Shown piece after piece: positions 1 to 10,183 of a stretch of DNA of 64,000 nucleotides. The position numbers and the translations under genes are program-made. The stretch's first letter is position 1; each line of letters begins with the position of its first letter. The notes under the pieces were generated by a model. It was not told the origin of the DNA. It searched no databases and saw nothing but the letters and a program-made list of their open reading frames with translations. This DNA is from Eledone cirrhosa (taxonomy: Eukaryota), in contig OZ024741.1 of assembly GCA_964016885.1 (NCBI GenBank), forward strand, positions 240,064,001-240,128,000, in the 5' to 3' direction.

Positions 1-138
1 GCATGGCATCTGACTTGTCTTGGATGGAACTGTGGTGACCCATCCAACTCATGCCAGCATGGAAAGCAAATGTAAAATGGTGTTGATGATGATGATAGTT
101 CTTATTATGAGAATATTATATTTGTTTATCATTATTTC

Positions 139-320
139 TGGCAGTATCGGTAGAGAGTTGGACGCCATGCTTTGACGCATAGAGTTACTGCCCTTGCCAT
201 TCTGAGTTCAAATCCCGCCGAGGTTAACTTTGCCTTTCATCCTTACGGGGTCGATAAAATAAAGTACCAGTAATGTACTGGGTAATTGCTGGCCTTGTGC
301 TAAAAGTAGAAACAATTATT
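139..320 (+). mobile_element. tRNA-derived SINE (family A)
   Basis: A-box-like TGGCAGTATCGGT and B-box GAGTTCAAATCCC; near-identical copies at 29529, 36907, 43926, 51100, 59964. Confidence 0.85.
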
Positions 321-1250
321 TCAATGCAAGAGATATTGTTCAAGTACACTGACATTTTCCCATCTGTTCTGCCCCTGGATGAAAATGATTTTCCTCAGAC
401 ATCTCTGTTGTTATATTTTCACTCTAATGAAGATGTTGCCTATAACTTGTCCAGGTTTCAGAGTCATATTGAAGAATCAATACAAATATCTTATACACCA
501 TCAGTTTGGTTCTTTGACTCTGCTCATGGTTGTTACGACTGCGTTCTCAGCCAATCAAAGGTTGCCATGGCACAATTTATATGGTGTGCATCCTTTCGTT
601 AAAATCTGTTTATTTTGAGAGGTAACAACTGACTACTTAGGTATTAGAAGTGCTCTAAATCTTCTACAAACTGTCCTTATACCATAACTGCTTGACTAGG
701 TTGCAGTTTATTGAATGTTTGTTGATGCAAGACATATTTTGCTCATGTTGAGACAGATCCAATTTCTTAAATACCTTGTAAAATATGTTTTTGTAGAAAA
801 AATGTTTGTAGTTCTTCTGTTCAAGTTGTACCAATTGTGGCATATGTGTACAGAAGTTTACTTAAACAATTTTACTCTCAGCTGAATGAATGAATGTACA
901 TGCTAGGGAGACAAATGAAGCAGTTCAAAATATGTACCAAAACAAAATTTGTAAACGGGTAAAATCAATGTGAATGATTGGGAATTGTTGGTAAATAATC
1001 GACTCAAGTGAACACAGATTATCTAAGATGGAATCCAATGTTACAAGACATGTAAACAGAGCATCACACCAAAAAATGTAAGAATAGAAAGCTGCGTGAA
1101 ATGAATAATAAAGAACCACTTTTCCTACAAGGAGCAAAATACCTAATCTGTAACTAGACAAGTAGATTCACATCAGCCAAGATAGATGCATGTGGATCTA
1201 CTGACATTATCTCCTGAGGACAGTTGTTCTTGAATCAATGGAAATATCAA
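321..1250 (-). mobile_element. Degraded RTE-type LINE fragment
   Basis: Minus-strand translation gives TKLMVYKIFVLILQYDSETWTSYRQHL...QQRCLRKII, typical of the region after RT in RTE elements; many stops; upper boundary approximate. Confidence 0.6.
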
Positions 1251-1339
1251 TGAGAACAATAAATGTTGAAAAGAATTCAGAATCAATATTTGCATTTAAG
1301 ATGATATCAAAGTAAAATATAGCCAATGTAAGTATTAAC

Positions 1340-1505
1340 CTGATATTCCTGGTAATTCTTCATAATGTTTCATATCACCTTCATTCAATACACGTCTACT
1401 GCTTCTCTTAGATGACATTGTATCTGATGTATAGTTACAAACTATAGGAGGATTATCTTCCACAGCATCATCACTTGATGTCACCACAACAGGTTGACAA
1501 TATTT
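1340..1505 (-). CDS. Pcdh: Protocadherin U1, coding exon B (cytoplasmic, 166 nt, KYCQPVV...PGIS)
   Basis: Acceptor TGTCAACAG|AAA in phase 0 with the large exon; donor CAG|GTTAAT; conserved in all 8 units. Confidence 0.85.
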
Positions 1506-1688
1506 CTGTTGACAAATAAACCAAGAGAAATGTGAGGAGACATCAAACAATCCTAGTTACAATAAACATGTAGTTTACAATTAAATATTGGACTATATTA
1601 TTGAAGATAAAACATTGTTAAAATAATCTTATTGTTTATGTTTTACATATAGAATGAAGATAGAAAATATTTTAATCTTTTCACTTAC

Positions 1689-4061
1689 TGGGGTAGTTTT
1701 TGGTAAAGTTCTTGCCTGAACTGAAGCTTCATATTTATTCTGTAGCTGACCTTCTGAATAACATTCACTCTTTGATCTCTCAGAATATATATTTCTTTTT
1801 ATCATCTCTTCTGTATTCCTTGACATAGCAACAGGATTGTTAGACTGATACAACAATTGTTTCATCTCTGTTCTACCTTGGTATGCTGTAGTCTTTGTTG
1901 TAGTAGCTGTGTTATCTCTGTGTTTAATACATTTCATTATACACAGTGTTATAGAAACAACAATAGCCACTGATACTATTACTGCTGATGATACAATGAT
2001 AATAACCCATGTCATATGGACTCTACCTGAAGATTGTAAAGGTACAATTTTCAACATTGGTGATGTCTCATTACTAACAGCCAATACCAAAGTCACACTA
2101 GTTGTTGATGACTGAACTGGACTACCACTGTCTTTTACAACAAACTTTAGTTCATAACTTCCAGCATCATTTAGATAAACTTGTCTGGAGAATGATAAAG
2201 CACCACTGTGTGAGTTCATAGTAAACAACTGTTTATTATTTCCTTGTATGATTTCATATGTGAGGAAAGCATTGTTTCCACTGTCACCATCAGATGCTCT
2301 CAAAACTGTGATGTCACTCTTACTCTGGGGATGGTAGTGGACATTTAGGGTGTAAGGGTCAACACTAGGAAAGGTGAAATATGGAACATTGTCATTTTGA
2401 TCTAAAATCTCAACAACAACATTAGCTGTGTCATTCAGAGATGGACTTCCATTATCTTTGACAAAAACCTGAAATTTATACACATCTTGTTTCTCTCTGT
2501 CTAATGACATGGTGGCTGAAATAAAGCCATAACTGGTGATCAGAAATGGTAGATTTGATTTTTCTTTATGTAGCAGAGAATATGTGAGTTGTCCAGCAGA
2601 TCCAAGGTCAGGGTCAGTGGCATTGACAAAACCAATAGGGAAGTCTTTATCTTTGTTTTCATAGGTCATGAATTGGAATGTATCTTTGGTAAACTGTGGT
2701 TGTACATCATTGATATCAGTCACTTGGATAGAGAGAGTTTTAACACTTTTAAGAGGTGGTAATCCTTTATCTTGACATGAGACAGGAATGTTATAGTGTC
2801 CTTGTGTTTCTCTGTCTACTGGTTTGTTTAGAACTATTTTATATTCTTTAGATCCCATTGACTGTAGTTTGAATGTATCATGTTTGATATCACAGCTGAC
2901 CTCTCCATTTTGTCCAACATCATTGTCAGTGACCATCACATAAGCAATGAAACTACCAACTTTGATCTTCTCAGAAATGGTAGCTGTGTTGTCATTGATA
3001 GCAGAAACATAATCTATATCAATAGATGGAGGGTTGTTGTGTTGGTTGATAACATTTAGCAGAACTGTTGCTATGGAACTGAGTGGAGGGTTGCCTCCAT
3101 CTCTAGCTTCTATGAATAATTCAAAAGAGCTTTTTTCATTTAAGCTAGAAATTCTGGACAAAAATATTTTGCCATCTTTTCTATTTAATTCAAAATATTT
3201 CCTAGCTTGATCAGAAGTTTTGGGACTGAAATGGAAAGTAATTTTACTGTTGGGTCCTAAATCTTTATCTGTTACTGACAAATTAAGAATAGGTTTGGTT
3301 ATATCATGAGTGGTTCTAATGGAAATATTATAAAGTGGTTTTGAAAATACAGGTGGATTATCATTCGCATCTTCCACAACAATCAGAACATTTAACACAC
3401 ACTGTTTAGATGGGGAGCCTCCATCTTTAGCAATAACTTCTAAATTGTATTTCTCTTTTATCTCCCGGTCTAATTTATCCTTTAAAACGATCTTTAATGA
3501 GGAAATACCATCAGCTCTTTTAGAAACTGATAGAGAAAATAAATCATTAGATTTTTTAAGTTTATATTCAATAAAAGAATTTTGGTAACTAATATCTTTG
3601 TCTATGGCATTTGGAATTGACTTTGTCAGACCTCTTCCACCTATTTCCTCAAATTGTAGAATGATTTGTTTTTCTGGAAACTCTGGTTCATGGTCGTTAA
3701 TGTCTTCTATTACTATTTTAACTTTTATGATTTTTGTGAAAGTTTCCACTTTTTTAATTATAATTTTAACAGTTCTAGAACATTCTTTGTTGAATGTACA
3801 GAGTTTCTCTGCATCCAGTGTCTGAGCAGTGTACAGTTTACCTGTTTTGGTGATATTAAATAACTGTGCCACCTTTCGTTTAAATTGACTGAATGTTATC
3901 AATTGTTGGTCAGATGGTTTAACATTGTCTAAAAGTTTAGAATCAGCAGCAATGTCTGCTACATATGTTCCTGGACTTCTCTCTTCTTCCACATGGTAGG
4001 TAAGGTCTATGGTCAGAACACAGTGAACCATTGATAATACAATAGACAATGGTAGTAACAT
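1689..4061 (-). CDS. Pcdh: Protocadherin U1, large coding exon (signal peptide, EC1-EC6, TM, juxtamembrane)
   Basis: DxNDxxP, LDRE and A/VxDxD cadherin motifs in six repeats; C-x5-C in EC1; hydrophobic TM WVIIIVSSAVIVSVAIVVSITLC; donor CCA|GTAAGT at 1689/1688; acceptor TTTCAG|G at 4174/4173. Confidence 0.95.
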
Positions 4062-4672
4062 ATTGTTGTTGTATTGGTACTGATTAAAGATGTCCTGATG
4101 TGATGGTGTTGATTAAAGATGTTCCAATTTATTGGTAATATTTAACGATGTCCTGATATGTTGATGATTGAACCTGAAACTGGAATACATTTTTATCAAT
4201 TATTATTATGAGACATTGATCAAAGTTTTAAATACATTGATATTGTAAAATATTTACCACATCCCTCCATTATTTTTTTATCCTGCAATATAATTCAATT
4301 TTATAAATCCAAGATTGGTATGCCTGATATACCAGGATTACTAGATATATGAACAATGAAACAAACTGGGAAATTTGTACTTTGATAACTTCATGATATG
4401 CATAGTTTATGTGGATTACTGACATGTAGAGGGAACTAAAGATGAGAATGTTATTTTAATAATTTATTTACTGGGATATAATTACATAACATATATGTGC
4501 AAATGACATACAGGATTAAATGGATAAATAACTTTGGAGGAACAACTATTTACAGGAGCAAATGTTTGAAACTAGGGTTTTGTGTTTAGAAGTAAATTTC
4601 TTATTGTAGCAAAATGACTTAGGAAATGCATTGTGTTTATAATTGTGTGTATAAATTTCCAAGCGTTATCGG

Positions 4673-4681
4673 CACACACAC

Positions 4682-4716
<35 letters not shown>
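4673..4716. repeat. (CA)n(TA)n(CA)n microsatellite
   Basis: Seen directly. Confidence 0.9.
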
Positions 4717-4994
4717 TGGTGTATTATTATGGTTGATTGTCAGAACAATGACTCTTTCTACAAACAAGGTTGATGTTTAATTTGAGATTCTTGTTATTTT
4801 CCCTTGAGAAGTAATTTAGTTTTATTTATAGCAACTGATGATAATGATGATAATGTCACACTTCTCATTGATGATAATGACTTCTGCAGAGTCTAATTAA
4901 TTTAGCAACACCTCATCTTTATGTCTTCTGCCATTTTCTCTCCATCACTATGCCATACCTTGCTCTGGGTTCTACTGAGGTAAGCTTTTTTATA

Positions 4995-6945
4995 TTTTAG
5001 TGAAGTATACCTAGCAAAAGGAGAGGCAGAAAAGAAGAAGTTTGCACATGTCCAGTGCCGTGCAGTTCAGAGGAGTGAAGTATTCTGGATTGTGAGACAA
5101 TTTACTAGAGAAAATCATGATGGGGTTGGGTAAAAGTGTGTTTGATATGATAGTGGAGCACTTGTCCTATCTGATGCTAAAAAGAAAGAAGCATGGAAGA
5201 CCTATGAGAGGCTGCTGAATGGAGAGTATAAATGGGACAGCAATGGCCTACCCCTTGCAGACCCAACTGAGCGACTAACTATAAAAGTTGACAGCAGTAT
5301 GGTATATAAAGCAATTAAAGGCATGATGGTAGGTATGGCAGCTGGACTATCTGTTATTGTTTCAAGATGCTATAAGCAACTGGCATGATAGGATATGAGA
5401 TAGTCAGTCGCATAGTTAATCAAGTAGTAAAGAAAGATGTAATACCCAATGACTGGTGCTGCAGTATCATTGAAAACTGCTACAAGTTCAAAGGAGGTAC
5501 ACTAGAGAGAAGTAACAACAGAGGTATCAGCTAGATCATGAAATTTGCTGAAAGGATTATACCACAACTAATTAGAGACAGAATCAACTTAAATGAAATG
5601 TGGTTTGGATATATGCCAGGCAGAGGTACTACTGATACCCTCTTTACCATAAGATAACTGTAGGAGAGGTACTTAGCTTAGAGTAAGCCACTGTATCTGG
5701 CTTTTGTAGGAATGGAGAAGGCCTTTGTCAAGGTTCCAGGCTCTGTAATTTGGTGGGTACAATGTGTAGACAAATAGCTTGTGAGAGCTGCACAGGTTAT
5801 GTATAGTGAGAATTGGCACTGAATACAGTGATAAATTTGAAGTGCAAGTGGGGTCCACCAGGGCTCAGTCCTCAGTCCACTTCTGTTTATCATTGTCCTT
5901 CAAGCCATCACTGATCAGTTTAAAACTGGCACTCCATGGGAACTCCTATATGCTGGTGACCTAGTCTTTATAGGAGAGTTAGAAGCATGGAAGAAGAACG
6001 GAGAGTTGAAAGACATAAAAGTAAACTTAGCAAAGATGTAAGTTTTAATAAGTACCCTCAGTAATGTAGCCATATTCAATATGTCAGAAAGGGTGGGCAG
6101 AAATTCTATAAGGTGCATACAGTATGATCTATGGACACACAAGAGATGTAGTAGGAATGCAGGCAGGCTAACAGAAAAGACAGACTTTGAATGTGGCAAA
6201 TGCACAGAAGCAAGCACATGGGAAACACATTCTTTCAGTTGACAGGGAGACTCATTAGAGGTTGCTGACATCTTTTGTTACCAAGGTGATATAATTAGTA
6301 GTTGGGGAGGATGCACTAAAAGTGTGATAACTAGGATCAGAACAGGCTAGAAGAAGTTTAGAAAGATGATACTTCTGCTGACAAGAAAAGGTTTCTCTCT
6401 CAGAGTGAAGGGCAGATTGTATGATGACTGCATATGAACTGTAATGCTACATGACAGTGAAACCTGGGCCTTGACTACATAAGAGCTGTGAAGGCTGGAA
6501 AGAAATGAAGCGAGTATGCTCTGCTGGATGTGTAATGTTAGTATGCATGAATGTTGTAACATAAGCGAACTGAGAGAAAATTTCAGCATAAGAGGAATTG
6601 GATGTAGTGTGCAAGAGAGACAACTGATGCATATGGAAGATAGCAGTTGCATAAAAAAATGCAGAAAAATCCCAGTGGCTGGGACCTGTGGAAGAGGCGA
6701 TAAAGACCGACCTTAAGAAACTAAGCCTCATAACAGGGCTGCAAAGGCTGGCGCTATGCTGTGCTGGGAAAGACTCAGACAGAAGTATACAATGTTACCT
6801 GACCCATTTCGGTGTCCCCCGCTTTCCAGCAGCTATCCTCACTACCACTGCACTCCATTATCCATCCCCCCTCCTGAAGTCCTGAGAAAATCCACCCAAT
6901 CCTTACTAGCAGGAAAATTGAACGTTAATTGATGATGATGATGAT
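4995..6945 (+). mobile_element. Degraded RTE/RTEX-like LINE (RT remnant, Cys-rich finger, 3' end)
   Basis: RT motifs GVHQGSVLSPLLF and LLYAGDLVL; homology to 14441-15753; (GAT)n tail; many stops and frameshifts. Confidence 0.85.
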
Positions 6946-7036
6946 TCCCCTTGTTCAATACCTATTTGTAGTGACATTTCAATCCATTTCAGAAACACCT
7001 CTCTCCTATAGCACTCTGATACATTTTCTCTTAATC

Positions 7037-7257
7037 TTAACCCCTTTGATAACAACTCGGCTCTGATCTATGAAATAAAATCACCCATTTTAAAGGTTTC
7101 CAATTTAAATTAAAATCTTCTAGCATGATTTTATATACAAACCTTACATTAATTTACTATCTTAGTAATTGATAAGTTTAGTAAATCCCTCAAAATTCTT
7201 CATTAATTAATTGAAATAGAGTATATTTCTTTATAGATATGATCACAAAAGTGTTAA
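7037..7257. mobile_element. Possible piggyBac-type MITE
   Basis: Flanked by TTAA on both sides, with imperfect terminal inverted repeats (CCCCTTTG...CAAAAGTG). Confidence 0.35.
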
Positions 7258-8613
7258 ATATTTCCTATTTCTCATCCTCCTGGCAAACTTCTTATACTCT
7301 GCTTTAGTCAAAGCAACATGTATTTTTTTTTAAGTTGAAAAGCATTATTCCTTACTATTCCATCTACTCTGATCAAACCTATTACTTATCTTTTATAGTT
7401 GCAGTAGCAACATTATTCAATCATATTGTCAAATTTTTAATTGAGTCTCTGAACCATCCTTAAAATTGGTCAGTGGTCTGCAGCCAGCTCTCAAGGGTAC
7501 ACCCAGTTCCCATCTATATACTACGAGTTATCTATTCATACATACATTTGTTAGTATTTTATGGCAGATAGCTCAGAGAGAAGCATACTTCAATTTACGG
7601 GCCCTTCCCCTTTCTTTCAACTATATTCCATCTCTCTACTTGCATTAAATTCACAGTGAAGTATCTAATCACTAAAATATGTTTGGGAACATTCAACATA
7701 GGGAAACTAAAGTTTTTAAGAATATGTCTGTATCTTTTAGTAAAGAAAAGAAAAAAAGAAAAAAGTATCCTAAATAAAATATATTTGGTTTTAAACATTT
7801 TCACTTCAAAATTTAGTTGTCAATATAATATAAATAAAAGGAAAAATGTCATAAACGAAAATATTAAGGAAAGCTGATCCAAAATTATGCTGAAAGATAT
7901 TACATAAAAAAGTTAGATCAAATGTGTAAAGAAATAAAAATACATTTCTATTTATAGCTTGATAATGATTAAAATGCAACAAAATAAAATTTTGAAATTA
8001 TATAAATATATTTTCAAAATTTTACTTCAATATTTTACTAGCAGTAAAAAATAAATATCTACATCAGATTAATGAAAGATTTTCTACAATATTCTGCCAA
8101 CTCCATTCACTTCCTGGCAGTATTAAACCTTTGTCTGTCAGCCATTATCCATTACACACAATTACCTCATCACTGCTAACAAACAACACACTATGACCAC
8201 ATCTAAACACACTGTAAACTATTTCTTTACACCTTTTCTAACATTTTAACATATCTTTCATAACCCATCAACATGTTTAGACACAACATTAAATCTTTCT
8301 TACAAAACACACACACTATAGCAAAATATTATATAGCTTGTTCTTTACTGTTACGTCTCACTATATATATAACAAATATAATATAGACATCAATAATACT
8401 GTTTATATGGAATAAAGTCTAAATATTAAACATTTTAATCATCATCTAATCAGTGATATAAAACAATATGGATAACATTACTGAAAAAAGAGTGAATTAT
8501 TGTTCAATCTCTTTGTTCTCAAGTTAATATTAAATATGTTAAAACTATATCTTATAGATTTACTGAGATTTAGTATATAAAATGAGATTATAAAAGATTA
8601 AATAGAAACTTAC

Positions 8614-9050
8614 CTCTTTAATAATTATATCATTGGTTATCCAGTGAGAATAGAGAGATGTATTATTGTCAAAAGCTCCATTGTAAGTGCTGCTGTAATG
8701 GTGTGTGACAATGGCTGTATGTTGATGGAGTAGTGTAGCACGTCAGGCAGATAGTCTGCTGCTAGGATAGGGTTGTGTGTTATTGAAGTTCTATGTTTGT
8801 GGCAGTACATCCCTCTATTAATATTGTGTATGTATTTATCCTTAAATATGATGTTTGTTTACTGTTACCAAAAACTATGTACATATATAGATATATATAT
8901 TTAAATAGCTACAATATTCTCTAGTTAAACATAACATGTTTGGTTTAATAACATCAGTAATGTGAATGCTTCACTTTGTTAGTGATTTCTGTCTATGTTT
9001 TAGTGAGAATCTGATTGGTTGAATAACCTAAACAGAAGACCAATGGCATT
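8614..9050 (-). promoter_or_regulatory. U1 promoter and non-coding exon 1 block
   Basis: About 430-bp block repeated upstream of 7 units; two opposed CCAAT boxes, TGACGTGC, near-invariant core, donor GAG|GTAAGT at 8614/8613. Confidence 0.75.
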
Positions 9051-9086
9051 GTTTTCTTTAATATTGATTTCTATTGGCAAAGCACG

Positions 9087-9090
<4 letters not shown>

Positions 9091-9134
<44 letters not shown>

Positions 9135-9145
9135 GTATATATATG
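9091..9145. repeat. (TA)n microsatellite next to the U1 promoter
   Basis: Seen directly. Confidence 0.9.
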
Positions 9146-9516
9146 AGAAAAGGTAAAGAGATGGTGTGAAAGTCATGCCTTTCCTCAAATCTATTAAGAA
9201 CCTTAATAACTTACAAAATTGGTTAATATTATTTCTAAAATGTAGAGAGATAATTTCTCATTAACCATTAACGCTAAAAGTCTACATTTGGTGTTTTTCA
9301 CCCAAACTTAAGTAGAAATACACTTTTAAAGAACGTGTTAAACTATATAAAATCTTCTCAGTTATTACACTCTAGAATACATTGTAAATCGTTAGAGTAT
9401 AGTTAATACAGAATATAATATTTGTGGGGGATTCTTTATGTGTGTAATGCACAGTCTATACCTTATATTTACATGTACAAATTTCCTTCTGCCACTATGC
9501 AAATGCACTTATATAA

Positions 9517-9593
9517 TTATACATGTTTTATTGGTGTTTCTTCACTGGAATCTTTTGATGTACATGTATCATTGTTTTTGTATATATTTTGAT
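9517..9593 (-). CDS. Pcdh: Protocadherin U2, terminal coding exon C (DQNIYKNNDTCTSKDSSEETPIKHV*)
   Basis: Acceptor TTTCAG|AT completes the phase-1 codon; 77-nt conserved island in divergent DNA; mostly synonymous differences among paralogues. Confidence 0.85.
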
Positions 9594-9834
9594 CTGAAAT
9601 ATTGGAACAGAATATAGTTTAACAAAATTATCAAAATGATAATTTAGATACAAAATGTAAATTTACAAAATTATGAAAAACACCATTATGTTATTTAATA
9701 AGACAAGAAAATAATGCAACAGAAAAAATAGCTGAAATACACATTTAAAAAAAATATTTCTTAAAAGCAGCTGTAAATATATATATCTCTCTGAAAGCTA
9801 CCAACATAACATAATATTGTCTGTAGTTATTAAC

Positions 9835-10000
9835 CTGATATTCCTGGTAATTCTTCATAATGTTTCATATCACCTTCATTCAATACACGTCTACTACTTC
9901 TCTTAGATGACATTGTATCTGATGTATAGTTACAAACCATAGGAGGATTATCTTCCACAGCATCATCACTTGATGTCACCACAACAGGTTGACAGTATTT
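9835..10000 (-). CDS. Pcdh: Protocadherin U2, coding exon B
   Basis: Same splice sites and frame as U1. Confidence 0.85.
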
Positions 10001-10183
10001 CTGTTGACAAACAAACCAAAAGAAATGTGAGGAGACATCAAACAATCCTTGTTACAATAAAAATGTAGTTTACAATTTAATATTGGACTATATTATTGAA
10101 GATAAAACATTGTTAAAATAATCGTATTGTTTATCTTTTACATATAGAGTGAAGATAGAAAATATTTTAATCTTTTCACTTAC

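Noticed and set aside
273-602. 109-aa plus-strand ORF
   Set aside because: Spans a SINE tail and the antisense strand of a decayed LINE
1506-1550. Stand-alone 71-aa ORFs starting MFDVSSHF
   Set aside because: Start is a TTG inside intron 2; the real exon starts at the CAG acceptor
1629-1688. C-terminal tails of the large ORFs (VSEKIKIF...)
   Set aside because: They run through a consensus GTAAGT donor into intron 2; frameshifting indels change them between units
1909-2115. Recurrent plus-strand ORFs antisense to the Pcdh exons
   Set aside because: Shadow ORFs of near-identical coding sequence, with no independent support
8700-8780. CTCF site in the conserved promoter core
   Set aside because: No convincing match to the CTCF consensus by eye; a PWM scan would be needed
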